From contig NC_043005.1 of the NCBI RefSeq assembly GCF_006345805.1, forward strand, positions 73,718,001-73,782,000: a DNA stretch of 64,000 bases. The letters run 5' to 3'. Both the position numbers and the translations under genes were made by a program. This document shows positions 1 to 13,434 of this stretch, in pieces (position 1 is the stretch's first letter; each line of letters starts with the position of its first letter). The DNA comes from Octopus sinensis (lineage: Eukaryota). The notes under the pieces were generated by a model, which saw only the letters and a list, made by a program, of their open reading frames with translations, searched no databases and was not told the DNA's origin.

Positions 1-920
1 AATGACTTCGGTTTAATACTGCTTTCTGTTTTATCGACATGAAAGGCATAAAAGACAAAGTGGAAGCCGGTGAGACTGCAACGCGTAATGTAAAAGGTTG
101 ATGCGAAATATTATAATGTAATTAACTAAAGGAATAGCTTCGTGATTAAAACGTAAACTTCAGGTCAACAATCATGTACTTTCTATTCTAAAGCAAATGT
201 GTTCTTAACGTCCAGCCGGCCTATGCCTTGAGAAGGAAATTGCGCGTAGAGAATTCGTGTATTAATCCCACAAATGAACTTGCTCATCGTTGTGATATTT
301 AATTCATTATTCTGTTAAACCACCCTCTACCCTTGGGTCCAGAAACATTCTAGAAGCATATAATAAAATAAATTTCATGCGTTGGAAAAAATCAACTCCC
401 ATTCTCGAAATATATTCTGTCTGAGCAAAATATATTGCCCCGTAAGATATTCTGCAAAATGCTTTCCTAGATAATTAGATATATTTAACTAGTGGCACAA
501 CACGATACGGTTGGCGGTGCAGGAACTTTCAATTACACATTTACGGTGAGGTCAATTTACCAATTCACATTTTACAAGCCTATTCTATAAACATTTCAAG
601 AAGGAATGAGCATTTCATTTTCCAAACGTACTAAGTAAATTTACATAAATTGTAAATTTACGTAAATTGTAAATTTACAAAAAGCTGTCTTAAATAGTTA
701 TTCCCGCAAACATTCTTAAAACCAAAGTGGTTTTTAACATAAGCATAACATCTCAAACCATTTGAGATGCATCATTAAATCAGCGCGAATTCTTGACTGG
801 AATGTATCATATCGACTTGGAAAGAAGTTTCAGGCAAAGTTGAAATCTATAGGATTTTAACTCAGATGTTAAAGGGATGAAATTAAATATCACAAGTTTC
901 TGTTTTTGTTATTGTACCTA

Positions 921-1313
921 TTCTTATTTCTTTACTGCCCACAAGGGGCTACACACAGAGGGGACAAACAAGGACAGACAAAAGGATTAAGTCGATTATA
1001 TCGACCCTGGTGCGTAACTGGTACTTATTTAATCGACCCCGAAAGGATGAAAGGCAAAGCCGACCTCGGCGGAGTTTGAACTCACAACGTAGCGGCAGAC
1101 GAAATACCTATTTCTTTACTACCCACAAGGGGCTAAACTCAGAGGGAACAAACAAGAACAGACAAACGGATTAAGTCGATTAGATTGACCCCAGTGTGTA
1201 ACAGGTACTTAATTTATCGACCCCGAAAGGATGAAAGGCAAAGTCGACCTCGGCGCAATTTGAACTCAGAACGCAAAAACAGACGAAATACCTATTTCTT
1301 TACTACCCACAAG
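921..1313 (-). mobile_element. Tandem units (~180 bp) of a tRNA-derived SINE body, Meta-domain-like family (family A), headless
   Basis: Two-plus copies of ...GTCGACTTTGCCTTTCATCCTTTCGGGGTCGATAAATTAAGTACC... on the minus strand, joined at GAAATAGGTATTTCGTC. The same family recurs many times in the window. The Meta/Sauria-core resemblance is from recall. Confidence 0.85.
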
Positions 1314-1699
1314 TAAATTAGTACTGCTGCTTATAGTTGTTATGAACATGTTAATTAGTCCTTTAAATATAGTAAATAATGATCAAATTATTTTTTTTAC
1401 TTGGAAAACACGAGTGTCAAAATTAATGTTTAAAAATTATTTTTATTTTTGTTGTATTTCTTTGCCTAAGAAACCGTAAACAGATGAGTTTGTCGTTGCT
1501 GAAATATTTTAATGTATAGGTTTACTCGGTCAGAGTTAACCTAGGGCTATAAAAAAAGTCTAGAACTGCAACAACAATAATTGGCTCCTCAAAACAGAGG
1601 AACAGGGCTTCGAATCGGTAAACTACTAAAATTAAAGTTTTAAATGATATTGTATTTGCTGTTGCTGTTTGTTTGTTTGTTTGTTGAGCGAAGCTGTCT

Positions 1700-2043
1700 T
1701 CATCCTTGTGGGAGAAGTCCGAAACGTGGTCCTTTGCTATTCGTAAGACCCGCAGAAGAGAAAGCAGGTCAATCCCCGACACCGAGAGCCCCGCGGATCC
1801 AGGCTCAGCGGTTGCGTAGGAAGTCGGGAACAAGAAACAGAAAGAAAGAGTGAGAGAAAGTTGGAGTGAAAGAAAGTTGGAGTGAAAGAGTTCAAAAGGG
1901 GTCGCCACCACCCCCTGCAGGAGCCTCGTGGAGCTTTAGGTGTTTTCGCTCAATAAACGCACATAACGCCCGGCCTGGGAATCGAAACCGCGATCCTCCG
2001 ACCGCGAGTCCGCTTCCCTAACCACTGGGCCATTGCGGCTCCA
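1700..2043 (-). mobile_element. tRNA-derived SINE, family B (OR-like)
   Basis: Minus strand reads GCAATGGCCCAGTGGTTAGGGAAGCGGACTCGCGG...GGTTTCGATTCCC (A/B boxes) followed by a non-tRNA body. Homologous copies at ~10190, ~36830 and ~47350. Confidence 0.8.
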
Positions 2044-2690
2044 CTGCTGTTGCTGTCGTTGTTATGGTGGTTGTTATTGTTGTAAATTATTTCCACACCA
2101 AACTTGGTTTGGAAGATTTATGATGAAAGGCTCTCCAGCCACGACCAGTCCGCGACTGTTGTTTGTAACGCTCTATTGCCAAATTTCCCATGCCCTGTTT
2201 CAAATAGTATAGAGTGAGAGTGCTTTCATTGTTATTTCTAGCCCATTGAGACAGCACAAAGAGAATTGGGAAGATCCAATAAAGAAAGATTTGAACGTTT
2301 CCAACACACCATTTCATCGAGATAATCTTAGAGATTTCCTCTCACTCATCAACTTAATAAAGTAACCAGCATGCGATCCTAGTGGCAGGCAACAGCCTGC
2401 TAAAAATAGCAGCTTAATCTCTCTCAATCATAAATATTGAAATATAAATAACAAGGGTTGTTGTGGTGGTTTAAATCAAAAGTAACCCCCATAGAGCAAA
2501 TTCAAAGACATTCCGTCCGTGACAATGTCGTCAATGTACGGTTAAGTCTATGCTTGCATTTCCAATCTATTCTTTTCTTATTTAAAAATCAATATTTTGC
2601 TCCAGTGAGATTTAGGGAGTGATCTGGGAGAGATTTGGTTACAATTTCTAGCAGGTTAGATGATTATGAGGCAAATCCTTCATAATGTAG

Positions 2691-2769
<79 letters not shown>

Positions 2770-2830
2770 CATAAAGAAAAATAGAGATAAATTGATTGAA
2801 ATACGTGCAAACCTATATACATACGTATAT

Positions 2831-2875
<45 letters not shown>

Positions 2876-2955
2876 AATAAAAATAGAGATAAATTCATTG
2901 ATATATGTGCAAACCTATATACATAGGTATATATACATGTGTATATATATATATA

Positions 2956-3352
2956 TAATAGAAATATTAAAATTACTAAGTCTCTCTAAAGGAGATTACG
3001 GCAGCGTTACTGGATATTAATAGTTATCGCCATACTAATATGGCAGTCTATAAATATAAGACTAAAGCTGTCGCTGATTAGCTCCAAGAGGCCATCGCCT
3101 CTAGCTAGCTATATGACACACCAACCTGCGTCCATTACAACCTTTGAACAGGGGAGGTCAGCCGCTTCACCTTGCTAGTCAGACATCTGCAGACATGATT
3201 CAGGCTTGTTGCCCTTTATCAATGCAGCGTAGTCAGACCCAGCAGGTGTCGCTACTGACCGTCTGTTCGAAGATTTTATTTACCTAGTTACAGTGGAATA
3301 CATCCACTTGTTTTCAATAATAGAAATATTAAAATTACTAAGTCTCTCTAAA
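2956..3352. repeat. 362-bp unit bounded by perfect 35-bp direct repeats
   Basis: TAATAGAAATATTAAAATTACTAAGTCTCTCTAAA at 2956-2990 and 3318-3352. Confidence 0.8.
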
Positions 3353-4239
3353 TTGTGTATATATATAAATTATATATATATATATACAAAAGTGTCTCTG
3401 CGCTCGCGCGTGTGTGGGTGTATGTGTGTGTTAAAAGAGGAAAAGGTGAAAATTTTGTAGAAGACTGTACCTTTCTTGTTTTGGAAAGTTGTCCCTACTT
3501 TCTTACAAGCATAATTTCCTCCCTTCCTATCCTGTTTGGTATTTTAAAACATTATATAAATATGTATAACACTCTAATATCCGAAAATATTTTGTTAGAG
3601 ATACCGTGAAGTAAGACGTAAACTCCCAGAGAAAAGGTTCTACAACACGGTTTCAAATCCCAGATAAAGTGACTTCACTTTATGCTGAGCAAAATTCCTG
3701 AGCAAAAAAAAAATAGGTATAGATTTCAGAATTTCCGTCCAATTTGAGTATCAGAATTGTAACCGATCGATTTCGGAATTCTCTTGTAAAAGCCTCTTTT
3801 GTAAAACTTCCAAACCATATTGATTATTTCTATAAACTTTTCATCCAAACTTATTTCTTTAAGGCTTTGCTCTGTTTACCAATATTATTTCCTGGAGTCT
3901 TCAAAGGATTAAAAAAGAAGATATGCAATCTAACTCAACAATTTTTCTTCCTTTATTTCTTACGTTCTCTGGGCAATTTTTACCCTTTTCCTCTCCATCT
4001 TTCTCTCCCTCTCGTCATTCTCACGCTCTCACACACGTTTATTCATTCACAGATATTTATTTTCCTTCCTTAAAATTATTTTCTCTTTCTTTATTTCAAC
4101 ATTGGATCCATTCTGTAACCCACTGTCAACCTTTTATTCCTGACGATTGCCTTTTATTTTTTTACCTTTCTCATTTTCGCTCTTCAGCTTTCTTCACATT
4201 CTTTAACTTTATTTATTTATTTATTTATTTTTGCCGATA

Positions 4240-4425
4240 AATCACCGATTTTTCTTAAAGTATCTTTGATGCAACCCTTATTTTATTTCAGATTTTTACT
4301 ATTTCACAGAAATCAATAGATAAATTAATAGCACCATTGCTCTCATAACGTTTCCTAGGATGAAACTTATTTTTACTTCCTCCACAATTCCAAAATAAAC
4401 TTTCGTAAAGGAGAGCTATTGCGTA
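4240..4425 (-). mobile_element. Mariner-like remnant (second copy of 5217-5398)
   Basis: ~150 bp highly similar to 5217-5398 (e.g. ATTTCACAGAAATCAATAGATAAATTAATAG...GGAGAGCTATTG). Confidence 0.55.
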
Positions 4426-4440
4426 TTCAAATTTCATTCA

Positions 4441-4509
<69 letters not shown>

Positions 4510-5085
4510 CAGCAGCAGTAGCGACAGCAACAATAGTGACAGTAGTGGTAGTGGTAATCGTTTTAGGACTATTGATTTCTCATAATACCAATAATAATAA
4601 TAACAATATTGATAATGATAATTGCGAAAAATAAATAAAAAGCTTAATGAATTAATTCGGTTCTCTGAACAGAAACCATTTCAAATTATTCCGAAATCTG
4701 TCGAATTCAGGAAAATCAAACTAACACTGTCAGTCTTTTTAAAAAAATTAACCTGAATGTATTGGGAAGAAACAGTACAGATAGAGATCATAAAACGAAG
4801 CCAAAATTGAAGTACTTTTTAAAACAAATCGTAAAGCTGAAGACCTTCCGGTCGTTTCACGTGTTACCCTTAATTAAGAAGAGAGAAGTATTTTAATTTG
4901 GCGGCAAAAGAAAGGAAAAGAAACGGAAAGTAATGCTTTGGTTTGCCCTCGATAATTTTTACTATATGTGTAAGCATGGTATTCGCTGAAATGACAGTAT
5001 GATCAAGGGATCTCATAAGAATTTAGTAAACATTTGCTTACCCGCGAAAACAGGCTTAGGAAATGAAAGAAATTAATCAGAAAAT

Positions 5086-5450
5086 ATTGGGTTGTCCGGA
5101 AAGTTCGTGCCGATTTTTAAAGGAAAGAAAAAAGTCGATAAATACCTCCCATTACATTTTTAATCAACCAAATATGAAACATTTTGTTGCACAATGCGTC
5201 TCATTCTTTCCTTTAACTTGATGCAACCCTTATTTTAGTTCATTATTTTCTAATAATTCAACAATTTTTTTCTTATTTCACAGAAATCAATAGATAAATT
5301 AATAGTGCCATTGCTCTCATAACGTTTCCCAGGATGAAACTTATTTCAACTTCCTCCACAATTCCAAACTAAACTTTCGTAAAGGAGAGCTATTGTCTTT
5401 ATGAGATCTAGCCGGAGAATTGTGGATGGGTGACCCATGCGTTTGATTCG
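5086..5450 (-). mobile_element. Mariner (Tc1/mariner) 3' remnant with TIR
   Basis: TA-TTGGGTTGTCCGGAAAGTTCGTGCCGATTT is a mariner-type TIR. The minus strand near 5390-5440 has a frameshifted HPP(Y)SPDL..D-like motif. Confidence 0.55.
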
Positions 5451-5505
5451 AATTCGATATTCATTTATACAAACATATCAATATATATATATATGTGCAT
5501 ATGTG

Positions 5506-5550
<45 letters not shown>

Positions 5551-5603
5551 GTGTGTGTGTGTGTGTGTGTGTAAATGAGTTAAAAAGATGTATAAATGTC
5601 AAT

Positions 5604-5687
5604 TCATTACGACCGTTTCGAGCGATTCCTTTCATTAATCAATGAGAGCATTATATCATTACAAAGAAAACCGTTCTCATCAGATGA
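5604..5687 (-). ncRNA. Minimal type I hammerhead ribozyme motif
   Basis: Minus strand: TCAT-CTGATGA-GAACG...CGCTC-GAAAC-GGTC-GTA-ATGA. Intact core, 4-bp stem I, stem II with one mismatch, 2-bp stem III, GUA triplet. Confidence 0.75.
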
Positions 5688-6107
5688 CCGCATAGACCTC
5701 GAGCATAAAGGGCAAGTTAGGTATTAAGATATATTCGTTTCATCAACAGAGAGCAAACATTTACATGCTTCCGCTGCTAAATTCATTGATCAAATAAAGG
5801 AGTCGCTCGAAACAGCCGTAATGAATTGACACTTATACATTTTTATTACTTATTTATATTTTACTAATCTACCCTGGAATCTGCACTTTGGAAAGTATCT
5901 TTATATAAAGTACATGTCTGAACAAACAAGAACGAATTTATCCACTGAGTTGGAGCGTGCCATCAGCACACACACTACATGAATATCGGGTGGGAAAATC
6001 TCTATGTAGAGTTTGATACTTACCTAATACTGTCTGAGTTTGCAAATAAGTTTGTCCTAACAAGGTGCCTCAATTTAAGTACCTAATTCAAAAGAATCTA
6101 AATTACA

Positions 6108-6240
<133 letters not shown>

Positions 6241-6626
6241 GGTAAATATATTTTAATTTTCTTTCAGTTCTTCTTGAGAAAGTGCAAGCCGGTCGATAAC
6301 AAAGCGACAAGACGATCTGAATTAAGAGAGTTTTCACTGTTTGTAAATACAAGAGAGTGCTGAAAAGTTCCTGGTTTTGGGTGAAAAGTTGGTCAAGTTG
6401 GTATGTATCCATGTTTGTATGTATCGTTATGCAATTCATTTGAGAATTAATTTGAATTTTGAAATATATCTAAATTTGAATGCTTTTAATTTAATGCGTA
6501 TCATTTCACCTACCTCTTATTTTTATAATTTCGTGTCTACATTCCAAGTCTTGTGGTCCTTTGTAATACGCTATAAGCGGGTTTTTTAATCAGAATTTAA
6601 AGATTCTTTCTTCATCATCTTCTCAT

Positions 6627-6662
<36 letters not shown>

Positions 6663-6663
6663 G

Positions 6664-6737
<74 letters not shown>

Positions 6738-6964
6738 GACTATGACTACGACTACGACTACTACTACTACAACTGCTGCTGCTACTGCGGTTACTATTAC
6801 TCCTATTACTACTAATACTAATACTATTTTTGTTTTTATACGTTATTCCAAAATAAATCCCTTCGGAGACACCCAAAATAATTTGTTTTAGCAGAGAGGA
6901 AGACAGATTATGGTTACTGGGTTAAATTCCAAACATTCTAGTACAGCTATTCGCACACATGGAT

Positions 6965-8250
6965 TGATTTGGACAACAACAAAAACATTTATCGTCTGCT
7001 CCCAGACAAATGGTGCTGTACTAAACTAAATCGAGTACGCTGATTCCGAATCTGAACTCAGAATTGCTGTAGCTATGCGCATAATTATATATTGATATTA
7101 TATTAGCATCAGGAATAGTTAAGTTCAAGGTAAATATTTATTATAATAGTATATTAGTACGGTATATAGTAAATTTATGTTCAAGGCAAATAGTATTATA
7201 ATATAATGGTGCACAGTATATTTAAGTTAGGGGAATACTCACTTTATATTTGATATGCTCAGCTCAGAAATGTTTGAGACACTTGCTCTTGTGCTTATGT
7301 ATAATGCTGGTCTCTCGTTGTAGGAACCAGCAGTAGTTACCCATCGTCTGTGGATTGAACCGGCCTTGATACCTCGTTTCCATCTCAGATATGTCCAGGT
7401 GGAAACTCTCATCATGCTCATATTAAGGGCACCAAGATTCGTTGGTAAAAATCGAGATAAGAATGCAAGAAATGCATTTAAGCGACATTTGGCATCCCAT
7501 TCTTTCAAACACTGTTAGCATGTTTATTAAATCAGCATTGTTTTCAGCTCTATGATTTCCAAAAAAAATTCTATACAATGAATAAATTCCATGCCGTCAG
7601 CTCAACCGGATTCAGTTTAGCTCTGAATTTGCTATCAGACATCAATTCTCTGATCTCCGGTCCAATGAAAATAATTGCTTTCAGTTTTAGGTAACTTTTC
7701 TCAGCACCAAATGTTACTTTTTGGTAACGGAACCCACAACCATCATGTGTCGTTGCTTTTACGAAGTGTTTCAGGTAACCGAGTTTGATCTGAAGGGATG
7801 GAAGGAAGATCTTTTGCGGGTCTACCAGTAGTATATGCTGCACATTGTACCGACCAACTATGCGCTTACCTCTTCTAGGTCAGTCTATTTACAGTATAAT
7901 GATTGATGTCGTAGCAGTTGTTCCAAATACACAAGAAACACATACTATTGGTATATCCCAACTGCAGTTCTATGAGGAAGGAAATCACATTTAAATCACC
8001 CCAAATATTCCGCTTATGAACAGAGTAATTAACTCCTTTCAGAATGAGTTCCATCGATTCATAAGAGTCTTCCATACCAACAACATAACCCACAGAAATG
8101 GAAGGTTTTTCATTACCATTATATAACAACACAGCTTTGAGGTTAACCTTACTCGAGTCTATAAACAATTTCCATTCGTTATTACCAACGCCTTTTTGTA
8201 ATGTTTGGAAAACTAAACTTTGCAAAATTATATTAAATACGGCTTTAGAT
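6965..8250 (-). mobile_element. Chapaev3-like (CMC) DNA transposon remnant, 3' half; frameshifted transposase at 7239-8225
   Basis: Three consecutive minus-strand frames give EWKLFIDSSKVNLKAVLLYNGN...GDLNVI...GYTNSMCFLC, LVDPQKIFLPSLQIKLGYLKHFVKA...IFIGPEIRELM and FLPTNLGAL. Subterminal GCTGATTCCGAATCTGAA lies near 7040. Confidence 0.8.
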
Positions 8251-8254
8251 TTTG

Positions 8255-8450
8255 ACGCAAGGCTGGTAATTTCAAAGAAGGGACGAAGTCGATTATGTCA
8301 TCCTCGGGGCACATCTAGTACTTATGTTATCAACCCCGAAAAGATGAAAGGCAAAGTCGACGAGACGGCATTTGAACTCAGAACATTATGCCGAAAGAAA
8401 TACCTTTTAGCATTTCGATCGGTGCACTAGCGATTCTTCCAGTTCGCGGC
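8255..8450 (-). mobile_element. Decayed family A SINE
   Basis: CAACCCCGAAAAGATGAAAGGCAAAGTCGACG...GAACTCAGAAC. Confidence 0.7.
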
Positions 8451-9519
8451 CTTATTGCCGGATTATATATAAATTTATAGTTCATTCTTTGAATGGTGTA
8501 TCATGCACATGCAACTTAGACACCACATGCAAAACACGCAACAATTCAATGACACAGAGCTAGCATCGCATCTCACTAACAGTCTTCACTTCGCATCTGG
8601 AATGAGCTTCAGCTCCTAACAAGCCCTTCTGATTACCTCCCTTCTTATGTCTTACCCGGTGATGTTGGCTTGCAATGTTTAAAGACGAACATTTAGCAGA
8701 ATTAATCTCACCAACTCCGCGGGAAGGTCTGAGAAGGCCGCTGAGGCTCTCCCTTTCTCCTAACCCAGCAATTTCAACTAAAGTATTACTTTTCAAGAAG
8801 ATGTGTATCTGAATAACTTATTAACTTTGCTATTCTGGACTCCTACTTCAAAAAATATACGCTAATATACATTCACATAGTAATTTTCTTTTCTCTTATC
8901 GCTACATCGGTACATACAGTGAATTCCGCATTTTCGTTATGTAATAGTAAAACCAAGCATTTTGGGAATAGTGTCCCATACTTACCGAATGATTGAAAAT
9001 AGTATTCGTTAATACATAATTTTGTTTTGCTCCCATCGCATTATTGTTTTTAGTAAACGTTGTAATTCTTTCTCTATTAAATATATTAACACTAACTCGG
9101 CTACTAAAATATAGATTCCGTTGTCTGTAAGAAGTTTCAAAATGCTTGTCGAGCAAAATATGATTGATTATATTTACAGTTACAGCACGAGAGAGATTGT
9201 CTAACAATCTAAAACTCATCATACTCAAACAGAAAAACTTAAAAATATGTTGTGGATATTACAATTTAACGTCTATATTTATAGAACTCCCAGCTACATA
9301 GTGATGAAACGAGTAGAACTCTCGACTGAAAATGAGAAAAAAACGAGTAATGATATGTCTGTTATATAAATATGGTTATCTCCTCACGAAACAAGCTCCA
9401 GGTAGGGAAATAGATAAATTATTCACGTACGATGTTTAGGGAATTAAATTTTCTCATCTGTTACAGATGCAAACAATAACAATCTCAAAAATAGTCAGTG
9501 AATTTGTTAACCCTTTTAC

Positions 9520-9915
9520 ACTTTTACATGTTTCAGTCATTTCACTGTGGCCATGCTGGAGCACCACCTTTAGTCGAGCAAATCGACCCCAGGGCTTATT
9601 CTTTGTAAGCCTAGTACTTATTCTATCGGTCTTTTTTGCCGAACCGCTAAGTTACGGGGACGTATACACACCACCATCGGTTGTCAAGCGATATTGGGGG
9701 GGACAAACACAAATACATAAACACACACACACATATACATATACATATATATGACGGGCTTCTTTCAGTTCCCGTCTACCAAATCCACTCACAAGGCTTT
9801 GGTCGGCGCGAGGCTATAGCAGAAGACACTTGCCCAAGGTGCCACGCAGTGGGACTGAACCCAGAACCATGTGGTTGGTAAGCAAGCTACTTACCACACA
9901 GCCACTCCTGCGCCT
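9520..9915 (-). mobile_element. Composite tRNA/CORE-like SINE (family C) with internal (TA)/(TG) microsatellite and 3' tail
   Basis: Minus strand: GGAGTGGCTGTGTGGTAAGTAGC...GGGTTCAGTCCCACTGCGTGGCACCTTGGGCAAGTGTCTT, then microsatellite, then tail ending GGTGCTCCAGCATGGCC. Confidence 0.85.
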
Positions 9916-10189
9916 ATATAGCCATTCCTGCGCCTGTTTTAACAAAAAATAATGTTAACTGACAAGAAATAAAGGAAATTATTTTTTAAGAGGATGCAAT
10001 TCTTTTATATATTAAGTATCCGTTCATCAAAGCCTCAACACCCAACGTTTTCTTTTCCATGTTCTTTAGAAGAGAAACTATCCAGGTAAATTGTTGTTTG
10101 TTCCCTCTCGAGCCATGTCTGACTCGTAGTGCTGGTTTCCCGGTTTCCTTGGCGTATAGGTGCCCCACCTGGACGGGACGCCGGTCCGT

Positions 10190-10398
10190 CGCAGGTGAGC
10201 TGCAAGATGCAAGAAGAAAGAGTGAGAGAAAGTTGTGGCGAAAGAGCCAGCAGAAGTTCGCCATTACCTTCTGCTGGAGCCGCGTGGAGCTTAGGTATTT
10301 CGCTCATAAACACACACATCGCCCGGCCTGAGATTCGAATCCGCGATCCCTCGACTGCGAATCTACTGCTCTAACCACTAGGCCATGTGCCTCCACGT
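10190..10398 (-). mobile_element. tRNA-derived SINE, family B
   Basis: Homologous to 1700-2043 (AAGAGTGAGAGAAAGTTGTGGCGAAAGAG; CCACTAGGCCAT). Confidence 0.75.
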
Positions 10399-10799
10399 CC
10401 AGGTAAAGTAATGATCCAACAGTCCTATTCCAACACACATCAACTATTACTGCACTATGATCAGCTTATAAGCTCCACTTCAAGATTAAGCAACTACATT
10501 TGCACCCTAAAAACATCCGTCATCAATACCAACAGTTAATATAAATAAATGCTGCTTCTTCACCTCTTAATATGATCGAAGTACACTAATTACATTTCTT
10601 ATTGTTGTCGTTATTGATTTTCTTGTTGTTTAAACCACAGGTTAACCTGATTGAACAGACTTATGATGAACGGCATAGTAGCATCGACCAACCGACCTTT
10701 TACTCTGCCGAAACGTACCCAAACCCACATTATCGAGAGTCAGTCTTTCATTCAAAATGCTTGGGTGTGATAATATAATCAGGAGAACGGTATGAGACA

Positions 10800-11045
<246 letters not shown>

Positions 11046-11309
11046 CCTGTAACTGTTCACCTGTTTTTTCTTCTTTTATTTTGTTTCTCCGTTGGCGGCT
11101 GCCAGAGTCAGCAGCGGTTGAGCGCCAAAGAAAACGCATTGCAGTGTTTAGATTCCTCTCTGTACGTTCTGAGTTCAAATCTCTAGGGGGGAAACTTTGT
11201 TATTCATTCCTCCTGGGCCTATAAAATAAATATCGGCTGTATTGAAGTTAATTCAAAAGACTACACCCTTCTAGGAAATTTGCGGCGTCCTGCCAATGTT
11301 AGAAGTCTT

Positions 11310-11444
11310 ATACATGTGTGTGCGTGTGTGTGTGTGTGAGATTGTGTATACGTGCATATATCTATATATGTATGTATATGTCTGTAGATATATATGCATA
11401 TAGATTTGTGTATATATGTCTATATATGTATAGATATATATATG

Positions 11445-11476
<32 letters not shown>

Positions 11477-11891
11477 ATATATGTGTGTGTATATGTTTAT
11501 TATATGTATATATATATTTATTATATGAATATGTATATTTATTATATGTATATATATATATATGTTGTTATATATAAAAATGCATGTATTTATATATATA
11601 TATATATATATGTATATGTATGCTTATATGCATATATGTATGCAGTATATATGTATGTATGTATGCATGTATGTACGTATGTATATATATATATTTAAAC
11701 ATATGTGTGTATATGCATATATATGTACATATATAAATATATGTGTGTGTGTGTATGCTTACACACACACACACATACATACATACATACATACATACAC
11801 ACATACATACATACATACATACATACATACATACATACATGCATGCATACATACATACATACATACATACATACATACATACATACATACA

Positions 11892-11923
<32 letters not shown>

Positions 11924-11925
11924 AT
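11310..11925. repeat. Compound (TA)/(TG)/(TACA) microsatellite
   Basis: Direct reading; explains the overlapping YIYI/HTYI ORFs. Confidence 0.95.
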
Positions 11926-12059
11926 CTCCTTTTGGAATACATTTGCGATCATGTTAGTTTGGAAACATGTAATTGCTATTTCCGCCCAGCACACACAACA
12001 AAACTGCAGTAATTGGCATAATAAGATGTTTACAGAGATATAAATATATAAACAAGACG

Positions 12060-12502
12060 AGAAGGAGGAGTGGAGTAGTAGTAGTAGTAGTAGTGGTAGT
12101 AGAAGAAGAAGAAGAAGAAGAAGAAGAAGAAGAAGGTTGAGGAGAAGAAGAAGAAGAAGAAGAAGAAGAAGAAGAAGAAGGAGATTATGGTGGTGATGAT
12201 GTTAATGACGTTGGTTAAGGTGATGGTGTTCATGATGATAGTGATGATGATGATCACGATGATGAAAAATGATGGTCTTGATGATGGTGATGATGATTAT
12301 GATGATGATGGTGACGACGACAATGATGAGGATGATGATGGTGATGATGATGATGGTGGTGGTGGTGTTGGTGTTGGTGGTGGTGGTGGTGGTGGTGGTG
12401 GTGGTGGTGGGTGTGATGGTGGTGGTGGTGGTGGTGGTGATTGATGATGATGATGATGATGATGATGGTGACGACGACAATGATGATGAAAAATGATGAT
12501 GA

Positions 12503-12536
<34 letters not shown>

Positions 12537-12874
12537 GGTGGTGGTGGTGGTGATTGATGAAGATGATGATGATGATGATGATGATGATGGTGACGACGAC
12601 AATGATGAGGATGATGACGGTGATAACGAATCTGGCGCTGCTGCTACTGCTAATTAAAGATACAGCCACGTGTATATATTTCCTGGAAAATGTGAATAAA
12701 GAATTAGAATTCAAAGCTAACACACTTTTTTTTTAGTTTCCCCACCATTCGCCTCCTTCTTGTCTCAATCTGCAATCAAAAGTAAATTTACAACAACAAA
12801 AATAAATAAACAAAATACGCGAAATTACATTTTTTTCCTTTCTTGCTTTTCATTTTTTTTCCCTCACAAACATT

Positions 12875-12905
<31 letters not shown>

Positions 12906-13190
12906 ATAATGACCTCGACCTCGACGACGACGATGATGGTCATGGTGTGGTAGTGGTGGTGATGGTCATGGTGGTGGGGATGGTCATGGTGGGGGTGGGG
13001 GTACTGCTGCTGATGATGATGATGACCACGACATCGACGATGACGACGACGATGATGGTGATGGTGGTGATGGTGGTGATGGTGGTGGTGGTGGTGGTGG
13101 TGGTGGCGGCGGTGGTGGTGGTGGTGGTGGTGGTGGTGGCGGCGGTGGCGGTGGTGGTGGTGGTGATGGTGCTGGTGTTGCTGATGTTTT
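12060..13190. repeat. Compound trinucleotide arrays (GAA, GAT, GGT)
   Basis: Direct reading; GATGGTGACGACGACAATGATGA recurs three times. Confidence 0.95.
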
Positions 13191-13434
13191 TAAGTTAAAT
13201 TTCAACGTTCATCAAGCAAGCCTACGATCAAAGACAAGCAAACCGTAGTAACGTTGGTTTTTTCCTTTCTGCTTTGCATTTTATTTATTTTATATATTCA
13301 TTTATTTTTTCAGTCGGTAGTCTGCATATCGAAAGTATTCATCCCCTTTTTCTAAGGCACCAGAGCTATAATTTCTTCTCCCGCTTTTCTTAAGACACTA
13401 GGATATACTTCAGAGAAGATTTAGCACTTATTTT

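Noticed and set aside
493-545. + strand exon candidate (TAG|…|GTGAGG)
   Set aside because: Weak pyrimidine tract and donor; could equally be a Helitron CTAGT end.
6024-6082. Minus-strand exon candidate with AG|GTAAGT
   Set aside because: One or two such 8-mers are expected by chance in this window; no convincing acceptor or branch point.
8560-8796. GC-richer 78-aa ORF with an internal GTAAGA donor
   Set aside because: No recognisable homology and weak splice signals.
10665-10720. Hammerhead-like ATGATGA…GGCA…TGCC-GAAAC-GTA
   Set aside because: C3 is missing, there is no stem I pairing, and the sequence resembles a decayed SINE tail.
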